This document shows positions 11,138-21,039 of a stretch of 64,000 nt of DNA, piece after piece. A model generated the notes under the pieces. That model had not been told where the DNA came from, did no database searches, and saw only the letters and a list, made by a program, of their open reading frames with translations. Positions within the stretch are counted from its first letter, which is position 1; each line of letters starts with the position of its first letter. The position numbers were made by a program, and so were the translations under genes. The stretch is from Candidatus Phycocordibacter aenigmaticus (lineage in GTDB: Bacteria; Patescibacteriota; Minisyncoccia; Phycocordibacterales; UBA2163): positions 28,302 through 92,301 of the forward strand of contig DCWL01000006.1 of the NCBI GenBank assembly GCA_002327585.1, in the 5' to 3' direction.

Positions 11138-11353
11138 AGTTTAAGATTATAGAAGAGTGACGCTTGTATGATTTTTTTATCTCTTCATTTGTAGCTTTAT
11201 TCTACCGCAAAAATTCCGACCTACCAACAGAGGTGGAAATAAAAGTATTGAGAAATATAGTTAAAAAACGATGGGGCCGGCGATGCAACGCCATTAGAAC
11301 CTGTTTTAGTAATATTGTGTCTTCTCCGTTTGAGGTTGTAAGAGGGTGGTAGA

Positions 11354-11821
11354 CTATATTTCAAATTCCTTTAAGAGCTTAAGATAATCCTTTTGGACTT
11401 TTCTATCTACCCAATTGTTGCCTAATGGTTGTATCTTGCCGTCTTTCTCAACAATTTTCCTGCACATATCAAAAAAGAATCCTTTTGGTGAAGCAACAAA
11501 TAACCAGCATGAACCCCATATCTTAGATAACTTCTCTGCTTTTTCCTTTATCTCTTCATTCTTGATGTTGCCTCTATACTTTACCTCTACAATAAAAATC
11601 TCACTTTTATCTTGAGAAATTAATACAAAGTCAGGTGTATTCCTTATATTTTGAGTAATAGTTTTGTATTTGGCTAAACGATGAAATTGAGCGAGTTGAG
11701 GGATGGTGTGCTCATATCCAAACGGAAAGATTGTAAATTTACCAGACTCTCTAAACATGTATTCAAAAACCGATGCTCCTATTTTTCCTTTAATAAGGTT
11801 TCTAGAGAATGAAATGTTCAT
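11354..11821 (-). CDS. restriction-endonuclease-like (Mrr_cat / PD-(D/E)xK fold) protein
   Basis: 155 aa; GKIGASVFEYMFRESG then PDFVLIS..(16 aa)..IVEVKYR = PD..ExK arrangement. Confidence 0.45.
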   Translation of the reverse strand: MNISFSRNLIKGKIGASVFEYMFRESGKFTIFPFGYEHTIPQLAQFHRLAKYKTITQNIRNTPDFVLISQDKSEIFIVEVKYRGNIKNEEIKEKAEKLSKIWGSCWLFVASPKGFFFDMCRKIVEKDGKIQPLGNNWVDRKVQKDYLKLLKEFEI

Positions 11822-11934
11822 AAGATTATTTTTATTTTTTTAATACTATACCTCTCTCCCAAAACCTCAAGAGGTTATTGAAAAATGGCTTAGATAAAAA
11901 GGATTAAGAACAAATCTATGCCCAGAATCCCATC

Positions 11935-12011
11935 TGGGGTGGTCGATGGGGATCGAACCCACGACAACCGGCTCCACAAGCCGGTGCTCTACCAGCTGAG
12001 CTACGACCACC
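11935..12011 (-). tRNA. tRNA-His (GTG)
   Basis: cloverleaf by hand; G-1, anticodon loop TTGTGGA, discriminator C, encoded CCA. Confidence 0.85.
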
Positions 12012-12014
12012 ATA

Positions 12015-12566
12015 TTATTTATAGTCCGGAGACTGCTCTTTTATACCAGATCTGTGGTTTGAAAGTCGAGCGAGAGCGTAAAGTACACTTGAGAGACGAT
12101 TTAGGTATTGAAGAGTGAATTTACTAACGCCAATTTCTTCTTCTTCCTGTACTGCAACAACTCTCCTCTCCGCTCTACGGGAAAGTGTCCTTGCATAGTC
12201 AAACATTGCGGAAAGTTCGCACCCGCCGGAGATGAAGAAACTTTCAACTTCAGGAATTTGCATATTTATATCATCAACAACTTTTTCAAGAGCTTTTACT
12301 TTTTTTTCAGAGATCGATTCCGTTGCACCTGCAAGTTCGGCTTGAATGATAAAAAGATTCTTCTGTATATTGTGAACGATTTTTTCAAATGAATCCTCCC
12401 CGACTGAAAATTCTGATTCTTTTGATTTAACTTTACAAAGACCTATATATGAGTTCGTTTCATCCATTGCGCCAAGTGCTCCAGCGGTTGCCGAGCTTTT
12501 TGAAATTCTTTGGTCACAAGCAAAAAGCTCTGTGTCACCTTTATCTCCTTTTCTTGTGTAGAGCAT
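12015..12566 (-). CDS. ATP:cob(I)alamin adenosyltransferase, PduO-type
   Basis: 183 aa; MLYTRKGDKGDT N-terminus and overall PduO/MMAB family similarity. Confidence 0.7.
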   Translation of the reverse strand: MLYTRKGDKGDTELFACDQRISKSSATAGALGAMDETNSYIGLCKVKSKESEFSVGEDSFEKIVHNIQKNLFIIQAELAGATESISEKKVKALEKVVDDINMQIPEVESFFISGGCELSAMFDYARTLSRRAERRVVAVQEEEEIGVSKFTLQYLNRLSSVLYALARLSNHRSGIKEQSPDYK

Positions 12567-12635
12567 CTGTTTATTATACCAAATAAAAAGGCCTGCATGC
12601 CAGAATGGAAAATATGCAGGCTTTATATATACATA

Positions 12636-12842
12636 TTATTGTGCACGTACAACATTATCATGGCTTTTTCTTTCTGGTTTAATTTTTAACTCGATATTTT
12701 CCTTCGTCAGACGAGTAGTGAGTTCACTCTGTTTTTTTATAACCTTTTTTTGTTTTTCTATAATTTCATTTTTCTGCTCAACTTTTTCTTTTAATTTTGC
12801 TATTTCTGCCACCATTTGATAAGTATCTACAAATTCAGACAT
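12636..12842 (-). CDS. hypothetical coiled-coil protein
   Basis: 68 aa, Lys/Glu-rich. Confidence 0.35.
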   Translation of the reverse strand: MSEFVDTYQMVAEIAKLKEKVEQKNEIIEKQKKVIKKQSELTTRLTKENIELKIKPERKSHDNVVRAQ

Positions 12843-12910
12843 TTCTATCTCCTTTACAAAAATTATAATTGTCTAGAGCAAGACTACCACAAATTAAAAA
12901 GATTGCAATG

Positions 12911-12994
12911 TGTCCAGGAGTGGATTTGAACCACCACGGGATTGCTCCCACTACCCCCTCAAGGTAGCGCGTCTACCAATTTCGCCACCTGGAC
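12911..12994 (-). tRNA. tRNA-Leu (GAG)
   Basis: 84 nt, long variable arm, anticodon loop TTGAGGG. Confidence 0.8.
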
Positions 12995-12995
12995 A

Positions 12996-13520
12996 TTAAG
13001 CTGACTTTTTTTCTTTCTCTTTTTTCTCAATTTTCTCTTCTGCCTTTTCCTCTTCTTTTTCCTCTTTAACTTCTTGCTCTTTGTTAGCTTCTTCTTTGTT
13101 AGCTTCTGCTTCTTTGTTCGCCTCTTCAGTATCACTCACCGTCTGCAAGTTGGCCTTGCTCATATGGCGCATCTGACGTTTGATTTCCTTGGCGGCCTTT
13201 TCGCGAATATGATAAAGCTTCGCACGGCGGACTTTTGAGCGCTTGATAATTTCAATCTTGTCAATCACAGGAGAGTACAGCGGAAAAATCTTCTCAACGC
13301 CAACACCGCTCGTCATTCTGCGCACTGTAAACGTTGCCCCTGCTTCATTTCCATGTTTTCTTGCAAGCACAAGGCCTTCAAACGCCTGAAGCCGTGTTTT
13401 TCCCTTCTCCTGAATTTTCTGCCACACACGAACAGTGTCTCCGGCTCCTAAGCCGAGTTTCTTTCTGCTCTCCATATTTACAGGAGATATTTTAATCGTG
13501 CTAGCTTGCGCTGTAACCAT
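12996..13520 (-). CDS. rplS: 50S ribosomal protein L19 with Lys/Glu-rich C-terminal extension
   Basis: [37 protein letters not shown] motifs; start trimmed to MVTAQAS; tail built from DNA tandem repeats. Confidence 0.8.
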   Translation of the reverse strand: MVTAQASTIKISPVNMESRKKLGLGAGDTVRVWQKIQEKGKTRLQAFEGLVLARKHGNEAGATFTVRRMTSGVGVEKIFPLYSPVIDKIEIIKRSKVRRAKLYHIREKAAKEIKRQMRHMSKANLQTVSDTEEANKEAEANKEEANKEQEVKEEKEEEKAEEKIEKKEKEKKSA

Positions 13521-13548
13521 AGTAAAGTGTACTTTAACACAAAGAACA

Positions 13549-14262
13549 TCAATTGACAATTATTGAGAGCGCTTTTTCAAAATCCTCCGGCAAGTCAGCT
13601 TCTGTTGTAATTGTCTCTCCATTGAGAAGTTGAAATGAAAGTGTTCGCGCATGAAGAGCAAGGCGTTTAAACCCAAGCACGCAGTCGCGCTTGGGAGAGT
13701 AGAGTTTGTCACATACTAAGGAGTGATTTATAGCTTTAAAATGAACGCGGATTTGATGTGTGCGACCTGTTTTTGGATTAACTTCAACATATGTGTAATC
13801 TTCGTTTTCTTTTAAAACCTTGTAATCCGTAATGGCGTCTCTCAATTCACCGCGCGTATTTTTTTCAGCTGACCACTGTCTAAAATCGCTCTTACTTCTT
13901 CCAATCGGCAAATCAATCGTCCCATTTTTCTCTTTGAGCTTGCCGTGCACAAAAGTATTGTATGTTTTTGAAATAGTTCTATTCTGAAACTGATTTTTAA
14001 GATTTAAATATGAGTCTCGTGTCTTTGCAATGATAATCACTCCTGATGTTTCTCTATCTAGCCTATGTACAATCCCGGCACGCGTAATTTTCTTCCCGTC
14101 ATATTCTGCCAGTTCCCCAACATTTTTTATTTCAGGATATTTTTCTAAAATCCAGTCCACCAAAGTCGGCTCATTTGTTTTTCCATCCGAATGTATCACA
14201 AGTCCTGCGGGTTTGTTTACTACAAGCACTTCTTCGTTTTCGTATATTATTGGAATTTCCAT
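13549..14262 (-). CDS. RluA-family pseudouridine synthase
   Basis: 237 aa; [16 protein letters not shown] catalytic motif. Confidence 0.8.
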   Translation of the reverse strand: MEIPIIYENEEVLVVNKPAGLVIHSDGKTNEPTLVDWILEKYPEIKNVGELAEYDGKKITRAGIVHRLDRETSGVIIIAKTRDSYLNLKNQFQNRTISKTYNTFVHGKLKEKNGTIDLPIGRSKSDFRQWSAEKNTRGELRDAITDYKVLKENEDYTYVEVNPKTGRTHQIRVHFKAINHSLVCDKLYSPKRDCVLGFKRLALHARTLSFQLLNGETITTEADLPEDFEKALSIIVN

Positions 14263-14265
14263 TTT

Positions 14266-14541
14266 TCAGTAAATTATTTTAAAATCATCAGACTTTTCTT
14301 TTATTTCTCTCCATCCAACTTTCACATCTTCAACTTTAGCAAAATGTGGCCCTTCTTTCAGCAGTAAAATAAGTTGCTTTAATTTCTCTTCATCACCTTG
14401 CGCAATCACACGCACAGAGCCATCAGATAGATTCTCTACTGTACCATAGAGTTCCAGAGATCGGGCTTTTCCTTTCGCAAAATCACGAAACATGACCATC
14501 TGTACCCTGCCTTTTATAATTGCTTCAATTTCTTTTATCAT
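14266..14541 (-). CDS. acyP: acylphosphatase
   Basis: 91 aa; GRVQMVMFRDFA..GTVENLSDGSV pattern. Confidence 0.7.
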   Translation of the reverse strand: MIKEIEAIIKGRVQMVMFRDFAKGKARSLELYGTVENLSDGSVRVIAQGDEEKLKQLILLLKEGPHFAKVEDVKVGWREIKEKSDDFKIIY

Positions 14542-14609
14542 ATGTTAATTCTACAATATAAAATTACATATTGAAAAAAGGTCAATAATAAGTTAATGTT
14601 TGAGTATCA

Positions 14610-14686
14610 GGGCGATTAGCTCAGTTGGCCAGAGCGCTCGGTTTACACCCGAAAGGTCGCAGGTTCGAGCCCTGCATCGCCCACCA
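14610..14686 (+). tRNA. tRNA-Val (TAC)
   Basis: GGGCGAT acceptor, anticodon loop TTTACAC, encoded CCA. Confidence 0.85.
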
Positions 14687-14705
14687 ATTCCTTGATTTTT
14701 TATTA

Positions 14706-14777
14706 TGCCCCTGGCAGGAATCGAACCCGCAGCCGCTCCTTAGAAGGGAGCTGTTTTATCCATTAAACTACAAGGGC
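14706..14777 (-). tRNA. tRNA-Arg (TCT)
   Basis: anticodon stem GCTCC/GGAGC, loop CTTCTAA; no encoded CCA. Confidence 0.8.
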
Positions 14778-14799
14778 AGTAAATATAAATGTAGCAGTA

Positions 14800-15135
14800 C
14801 TAAAGCGAAGGGTCAACGATACGGGATCTTCTTTCTCTGAGATCTTCAAGCTCTCTTTCCATTTCCTCAAAGGACGAGAGTGTCTCCCGCAGAAGCGTCC
14901 TGTCTATTGTTTCAACAGAAATCATTATATCCTGCTCAACGGTGAATATATCTCCATCATTTATTTGAAAAAACAGATAACTACTAAAAGCTATTATACC
15001 GATATTCAATACCATAAACACGAGGATGATAATTTTCCACGCATGTTTTGCATCTGAAATATAGTAGGCAATGCCTTCCCCAGGCTGTTTGCCTTTACCT
15101 TTAAAAAACCTTGCGATGTTTTTCTTGTCAATCAT
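14800..15135 (-). CDS. hypothetical membrane protein (pilus-operon associated)
   Basis: 111 aa, single TM, last gene of pilM-N-O cluster. Confidence 0.4.
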   Translation of the reverse strand: MIDKKNIARFFKGKGKQPGEGIAYYISDAKHAWKIIILVFMVLNIGIIAFSSYLFFQINDGDIFTVEQDIMISVETIDRTLLRETLSSFEEMERELEDLRERRSRIVDPSL

Positions 15136-15136
15136 T

Positions 15137-15703
15137 TTATTTAAGTTTTACTGCTTTTATGCTAAGAAACCCCTTCCATGGCTCGGTACTTCTGTTTTGT
15201 GCTCTGATATTATTTGAAACTTTCTCAAAATTTACACGATGTATGTCAATTTTAAAAGGAAGTTTTTCAATCATAGACAAAAAGTAAAATAATTCATCAA
15301 AACGTCCTTCTATATTAAAATCAAGGTTGAGCAGTTCACTTATTTTGTCTTTATTTAAGTTGCCTGACGTAGACTCATCAATACTTACAGATGTCACCTT
15401 AACCGAAACTCCTGAATAAGCACCAACTTCTTCTATATCTTCAATAAAATTGACTATCTTATCATCAGCGATAAAATATAAATTCAGCTTTTCTCTCTCC
15501 TTCTGAGTATCGTTTATAAGATTCTTTACCGAGCGGAGCTTGATTTCCCTCTGGAGAGTGCTGTCAACTTCATTTTGAAGAACCGAAATATTATTATTCT
15601 TTTCTTTTATATTAAGAAACAACATAATATAAGCAACAGAAACTACAATTACCAGAACTAAGGATGTTAGAAGAGTTTGTTTTGTTTTTGACGAATATTC
15701 CAT
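15137..15703 (-). CDS. type IV pilus assembly protein PilO-like
   Basis: 188 aa, N-terminal TM then coiled coil; position after pilN-like. Confidence 0.45.
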   Translation of the reverse strand: MEYSSKTKQTLLTSLVLVIVVSVAYIMLFLNIKEKNNNISVLQNEVDSTLQREIKLRSVKNLINDTQKEREKLNLYFIADDKIVNFIEDIEEVGAYSGVSVKVTSVSIDESTSGNLNKDKISELLNLDFNIEGRFDELFYFLSMIEKLPFKIDIHRVNFEKVSNNIRAQNRSTEPWKGFLSIKAVKLK

Positions 15704-15704
15704 A

Positions 15705-16247
15705 CTAAAAATTGCCGGTTATTTTTATCGAGAACTTAATATCACGATCAGAGGCAAGATTGGATACCGGAAGTTCTACATCTCTAAACTGCTTCTCCCT
15801 CTCAAGAAGTTTTTTAAATTCAAGAAGTGACTCTCTAGAATCCGCTTCCCCCGTCACAAGCATTTCTGTTTCTTTTCCAAATTGGCTTTTTTTATAAAAT
15901 ATACCGTTTATTCCGACTCCACCGAGTTTATTGTCCAAAACTCTCTCAAAGAGATCCTTTAAAGAAATATTCTTTTCGTCAAATGAGAGAAGTTTCAATT
16001 TTTCTTTCGTTTCAAGCAAAACAGTGCTTGATACCTCCTGCTCTCTTTTTGCAACCGATTCTTTTATAATATCCGAGTGTTCTCTTGTCGCACTCTCTTT
16101 TGACTCTGATATAAAATATGATGGTATAAGCTGTGCTCCTGCGGCTAAAATCGTAAAAAATAAAAACATGAGCACCATTATCGCAATACGAAGCTTATAT
16201 TCGCTACACAGTATTTTTTTATCCTCCTGTGACAATAGATTTCGCAT
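15705..16247 (-). CDS. type IV pilus assembly protein PilN-like
   Basis: 180 aa, N-terminal TM; follows pilM. Confidence 0.45.
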   Translation of the reverse strand: MRNLLSQEDKKILCSEYKLRIAIMVLMFLFFTILAAGAQLIPSYFISESKESATREHSDIIKESVAKREQEVSSTVLLETKEKLKLLSFDEKNISLKDLFERVLDNKLGGVGINGIFYKKSQFGKETEMLVTGEADSRESLLEFKKLLEREKQFRDVELPVSNLASDRDIKFSIKITGNF

Positions 16248-16249
16248 AT

Positions 16250-17347
16250 TTAATTAGTTTCTCTAAGCGCAAGGCCGATGGCTGCTGCATATGAAAGAGA
16301 CTGAAAGCGAGTCATCTCTGGTATAAAATCATCAAATGAGAAAGCATTGATCCAGACATTTGCTCGCTCTACTGGAATTTTAAGTGCTCCGGATAAATAT
16401 TCCGGGAGCCCTTTAAGATTTGAGTTTTCCCCGCAGAGAATTATCTTTTCAATCTGTTCAACCCTGTTTCCCTTTTCATCCACACGGGTCCGCCAGTATC
16501 TGTAATGCTTATCTATATTATCTTTCAGCGTCTCCACTACATCTAAAAGCGCGGTAAAGAGTGCCTTATTGCTTTTACTTCCGACAAGCCCTTCCTTGCT
16601 TTTTATGCGGGCGACATCGCTCTCCGGCACGGAAAGATGCTTCATAATCGCTTTTGAAAGACCTTCTTCTTCAACCTCGAGCGTTGAAGTAAAAGCAAGT
16701 ACGCCGTCGCTTATTATCGCAAGACCTGTTCTCATTTTTCCAAAGCTGACAATCATATATGTCCCGTCGTCTCCTTCCCTTATTACAGCTCTTGAGATTG
16801 CCTGCGCTTCAATTTCAAAAGACAAAGACAGCATTTCGGCTTTATTAAAAGCAGATGTGTATTTAGAAATGGTTTTCTTCGGATACACTGCAACACTGAC
16901 ATCAATATGTTCTTTTGAGTCTTGTCTATTAATAATCTCATAATCAAAAACTGCTTCCTTAAGAGATAAAGGTACATGCTCTTCAAGCCTGAACTCCAAA
17001 ATACTTCTTATTTGATCTTCTTTCGCATCTTCTGGAATATGAGTCTGGAATAAATAGACTTTTTCCTCTGGAAGCGAGGCGCGTATGGATTCTATATCGT
17101 TTTCTTCTTTTATCTTTTTGAGTTCTTCTGAAAGTTTTTCCACATCTTGTATTTCACCGTTTAAAACCAGCCCGGCTGGAATCTTATACTCGCCGAATCT
17201 GGAAAGTATCTTGCCCTCTTTTTTGTTTACAAGCTCAACAAACCTTATTGAATCGTCCGATATATCAATTCCAACGGCTGGCATCGCCAAAAACTTTGGA
17301 GTTGGGAAGACTCTTGTAAAAAAACTTTTCTCTTTTGCAGATTCCAT
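16250..17347 (-). CDS. pilM: type IV pilus assembly protein PilM
   Basis: 365 aa actin-like ATPase fold, N-term AVGIDISDDSIRFVEL. Confidence 0.7.
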   Translation of the reverse strand: MESAKEKSFFTRVFPTPKFLAMPAVGIDISDDSIRFVELVNKKEGKILSRFGEYKIPAGLVLNGEIQDVEKLSEELKKIKEENDIESIRASLPEEKVYLFQTHIPEDAKEDQIRSILEFRLEEHVPLSLKEAVFDYEIINRQDSKEHIDVSVAVYPKKTISKYTSAFNKAEMLSLSFEIEAQAISRAVIREGDDGTYMIVSFGKMRTGLAIISDGVLAFTSTLEVEEEGLSKAIMKHLSVPESDVARIKSKEGLVGSKSNKALFTALLDVVETLKDNIDKHYRYWRTRVDEKGNRVEQIEKIILCGENSNLKGLPEYLSGALKIPVERANVWINAFSFDDFIPEMTRFQSLSYAAAIGLALRETN

Positions 17348-17542
17348 TGTATTTATTATATCCTGCTGTCTATTTTATTAAAAGCAAATATTGTTTATTT
17401 GTATTTCTACAGCCTGACTCTTAAACATATTTCCTCTGCAGACAAATAGTATTTTCATTTGATATCAATATAATATAGAAAAAAACAACAAAAGGCGGAC
17501 GAAATTTTACCTTTTGTTGTAAAACTTCTCCGCCCCCTTTTT

Positions 17543-17839
17543 TTACATCATTTCACAAGTGAAATGGTCGACTCTATCATCAACTCTACAGCATGTTAAC
17601 CCATTTGATACTGCAATTAGATCAGCTATTTGTGAACATAATTTCTTATTTTTTGTAATTGAATTACCTATAAAAAACTTATCGTCATCACTGGAAACAC
17701 AAAGAGAAATACTTAAAAAATCTGTTTGACGACAAATTAAAAAATCTGTTTGACGACAAAAACTAACTGTACCTTCTTTATGAAATACAATGCGGTCACC
17801 TGCTTTTAGAGTTGTTACCTTACCGTCTTTGGTTTTCAT
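17543..17839 (-). CDS. hypothetical Cys-rich small protein with internal 8-aa tandem duplication
   Basis: 98 aa; FCRQTDFLICRQTDFLS from a perfect 24-bp tandem repeat. Confidence 0.35.
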   Translation of the reverse strand: MKTKDGKVTTLKAGDRIVFHKEGTVSFCRQTDFLICRQTDFLSISLCVSSDDDKFFIGNSITKNKKLCSQIADLIAVSNGLTCCRVDDRVDHFTCEMM

Positions 17840-18433
17840 TTTAAATCTCCTTTCAAAAAAGTTAAAAGAAATGATAATTTTTATTTAATTCAAAGAACAT
17901 TCTGTTTCGCTCTTTTAAGCTCATCAGTCAAGATAGACATCTTGATACAGAGAGGTTTTTAAAGAGACCTCAACTCTGCACTTCTGTTGCCGAGACGTTT
18001 GCGTGCCTCCGCCCAGTAGGACTTATTTATAATTTACGTCATTTTTTTTCTCCTAAAAAGTTAGATTTCTTTCTCTAGCTCTTTGGCTAGAAATAAAATT
18101 ATTTCCTTCTTTTTAAGATACTTATGTTGAAAACATAACATATCTACATTATTTGTCAATAGCTGTGTTCAGTAAGTCTGGATGACTTAATTTAGCTATT
18201 TTATATAAATAGTTTATTCTTTTTAACATAGTTGCATATATTATCCAAAATTTTTTCAAAATCTTTATATTTAATCCAATCGTTCTTGATTTTCACTTTT
18301 AATCCTCCGAAAAAATAAAATTTATTAAAGAACAAATCGGGAACTTTCCCTTTCAGAAACTTGAAATTATTCAAATCTCTGAAAGAGAGGCCGCACAAGA
18401 GAGTGGGTTTTAAGAGTTGCCCTTTAGCATTTA

Positions 18434-19024
18434 TTAAAAGATATTGAGTGTGATAATAAATATTATAATGCCTAGTGCGAAAATGAGTGTCAAGATATTG
18501 AAATATCTGAATGCAAACTTGCTCATGTCGTCCCCGAAAACTTTCATAATGTATCCGACCGCAAAGAAGCGCATAAAGCGGGAGATGGTTGACGCGATTA
18601 TAAATATAAGAAAATTGATGCCGAAGAAACCCGCGGAGATTGTGAAGATTTTATAAGGAATTGGAGTGAACCCTGAGATAAAAATCGCCCAAAAAGCATT
18701 TTGTGCAAACAATTCCTGAATGGTCGAAATATATTGTTCAAGATTATATGCGTTGATTAGAAACTGTCCGACACTGTCGAAAAGAAGGAACCCTATGACG
18801 TAGCCGAAAGCTCCACCAATCACAGACCATATTGAAGTCAAAAGTGAATAATAGAACCACTTGCGTTTTTGCTTTGCCCCAAGTATTGCTATAAGTAGAA
18901 AATCTGGTGGCACGGGGAAGAAAGATGCCTCTGTAAACGAAAAAAAGGATAGCCAGCTCTTTGCGTGCGTGCTTCCAGCATGTTTTATCATCCAATCGCG
19001 GATTTTGATTTTTAATTTAGTCAT
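18434..19024 (-). CDS. DedA/VTT-domain membrane protein
   Basis: start trimmed to MTKLKIKI to remove overlap with ruvX; FFPVPPDFLLIA motif. Confidence 0.65.
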   Translation of the reverse strand: MTKLKIKIRDWMIKHAGSTHAKSWLSFFSFTEASFFPVPPDFLLIAILGAKQKRKWFYYSLLTSIWSVIGGAFGYVIGFLLFDSVGQFLINAYNLEQYISTIQELFAQNAFWAIFISGFTPIPYKIFTISAGFFGINFLIFIIASTISRFMRFFAVGYIMKVFGDDMSKFAFRYFNILTLIFALGIIIFIITLNIF

Positions 19025-19025
19025 A

Positions 19026-19451
19026 TTATTTAAACTCTCCCCGACATTTTTCCACGTTACGTTTATCCAAAAAACTCTGGAGTATGAGAGCCGCCGCTGA
19101 TGCATCTGTCATCTCTCCCTTCCCTTGAATATTCTTTGCCTGGTGTGTTGTAAGAAATTCTGGTTCGAAACTGATAGGCAGATTTAATTTCCCTTCAAGT
19201 TCTTTGGCAAATTCTTTAACATCTTTCATTATAGGATTTTCCTTTCCTTTATAGTCAGTTGATTCCCCTATTACTATCTCAATGACTTTATCTTTCTTAA
19301 TAATTTCCCCAATGTTTTCCAACAAACTCTTGTCATTATTCAAAACAAGTTTTGGTAAGGCAAAGTTGCCATTTTCGTCTGAAATGGCTATTCCAACTCT
19401 TTTTGCGCCAAAATCAACACCTAAAATTTTCTTTGAATTTATATTCGTCAT
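19026..19451 (-). CDS. ruvX: Holliday junction resolvase-like RuvX/YqgF
   Basis: 141 aa; ILGVDFGAKRVGIAISD N-terminus. Confidence 0.8.
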   Translation of the reverse strand: MTNINSKKILGVDFGAKRVGIAISDENGNFALPKLVLNNDKSLLENIGEIIKKDKVIEIVIGESTDYKGKENPIMKDVKEFAKELEGKLNLPISFEPEFLTTHQAKNIQGKGEMTDASAAALILQSFLDKRNVEKCRGEFK

Positions 19452-19577
19452 ATAAACATCGTGAACAAAGTAAATGCAAAAGTCAGCGCAGAAAAAACCA
19501 TTAAAGAGATTTTCATAAATTCACCCATTGCCATAGCATAGCAAAAACTTGTTCAGATTAGAAATCTGTTTTAGTAT

Positions 19578-19811
19578 ATGAATATGATAGATATATTTTC
19601 AAATACAAATATGCTTTTGATTCTGGCTTTGGTATGGGTATTGCCGTGGAAGGGATATTCACTTTGGCTTTCTGCACGCAAGGGTCAGAAGTGGTGGTTC
19701 ATTATTCTTCTTGTGGTAAATACGCTTGCAATTCTTGAAATAGTATATATATTTCTTATTGCAAAGAGAGGGAAAAATTCTTTTAAAGAAGAAGCTGATC
19801 CTCAATCATAA
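19578..19811 (+). CDS. small membrane protein
   Basis: 77 aa, two TM helices. Confidence 0.4.
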   Translation: MNMIDIFSNTNMLLILALVWVLPWKGYSLWLSARKGQKWWFIILLVVNTLAILEIVYIFLIAKRGKNSFKEEADPQS

Positions 19812-19816
19812 ATATT

Positions 19817-19907
19817 GGAGAGGTGGCTCGAGTGGTTGAAGGCGGCTGTCTTGAAAACAGCTAAGGGGGAAACTCCTTCGTGGGTTCGAATCCCACCCTC
19901 TCCGCCA
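19817..19907 (+). tRNA. tRNA-Ser (TGA)
   Basis: 91 nt, long variable arm, anticodon loop CTTGAAA, encoded CCA. Confidence 0.8.
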
Positions 19908-19972
19908 ATTTAAAAATTTCAGAGTTTTGAGGAGAGTCAGATACACATAAATGTTAGATTAAATAAAAATTT

Positions 19973-20959
19973 ATGCTTATATTTTGGATAATCGTTTTTA
20001 TTATTTCTATAACTGTGCTTGTAAAAGGTGCAGATTGGTTATTGGGAAGCGCTGAGAAAATAGGTCTTGCCGTCGGGCTTTCACCATTTATTGTAGGTGT
20101 CGTTATCGTCGGACTTGGCACTTCCTTTCCAGAACTTATTTCATCTCTTGTCGCCACATTTAGAGGTGTTACTGAGATAGTAACAGCAAATGCAATAGGT
20201 TCAAATATTGCTAATATTCTTTTGATTGTAGGAATTTCCGCGGTAGTTGGCGGTCGCCTTACGGTTACTAAAAATCTTATTGATGTCGATTTACCCTTGT
20301 TGGCTGTTTCCACAGCGCTTTTTCTTGGTATTGTATGGGACCGCCAAATAGTGCTTGGTGAATCAATTCTTTTGCTGGTTCTTTTTGTTATTTACCTTTT
20401 ATATACAATTTTACATAAAGACGATGAAGAAGAAGTTGAAGTTTTATCAACACGGTCTGATAGAAGAAAACACATAACTGGTCCAAAAAAGGAAGCCATC
20501 CAAAGACCAAAAGTTACTGGCAAAGATATTTTGTTCCTCATAATTGGTGTTCTTGGTTTAGCCATTGGCGCTAAATATCTCATAGATTCTGTCATAAAAT
20601 TGTCTGAAATTTTGGCCATTGGTGCTGGTGTTATCTCGCTTGTCGCTGTTTCACTTGGAACATCTTTGCCGGAACTTCTTGTTTCTATTAAGGCTGCTTG
20701 GCAGAAGAAACCCGAGGTCGCGCTTGGAAATATTTTTGGCTCTAACGTCTTTAATATACTTCTTGTAATCGGTATCCCTGGACTCTTCAAGACTTTAATT
20801 TTAGATGAGCAAACTTTTACACTTGGCATACCAGTTTTAATTGTTGCCACTTTTCTTTTTATCATCTCTGGTATTTCAAGAAAGATTCATGTTTACGAGG
20901 GAGCGATGTATATCGTCATCTATATATTCTTTATCGGTAAACTTTTCGGCTTTTTATAA
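19973..20959 (+). CDS. Na+/Ca2+ exchanger (CaCA family) membrane protein
   Basis: 328 aa; two GxGTSxPE alpha-repeats (GLGTSFPEL, SLGTSLPEL). Confidence 0.8.
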   Translation: MLIFWIIVFIISITVLVKGADWLLGSAEKIGLAVGLSPFIVGVVIVGLGTSFPELISSLVATFRGVTEIVTANAIGSNIANILLIVGISAVVGGRLTVTKNLIDVDLPLLAVSTALFLGIVWDRQIVLGESILLLVLFVIYLLYTILHKDDEEEVEVLSTRSDRRKHITGPKKEAIQRPKVTGKDILFLIIGVLGLAIGAKYLIDSVIKLSEILAIGAGVISLVAVSLGTSLPELLVSIKAAWQKKPEVALGNIFGSNVFNILLVIGIPGLFKTLILDEQTFTLGIPVLIVATFLFIISGISRKIHVYEGAMYIVIYIFFIGKLFGFL

Positions 20960-21039
20960 AATCTATAGAATACACCGCCAATATTTCTAAGTCACACAGC
21001 CTGATTGCCATCAATCCCCAAATACCATACAATAAGGGC

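Noticed and set aside
11164-11352. 62-aa plus-strand ORF overlapping the second GC-rich repeat
   Set aside because: The frame is kept open by GC-rich repeat sequence; no start context and no protein features.
18434-19105. N-terminal 27 codons of the DedA ORF overlapping ruvX
   Set aside because: An internal Met (MTKLKIKI) directly abuts the ruvX stop, so the longer form is almost certainly a run-on.
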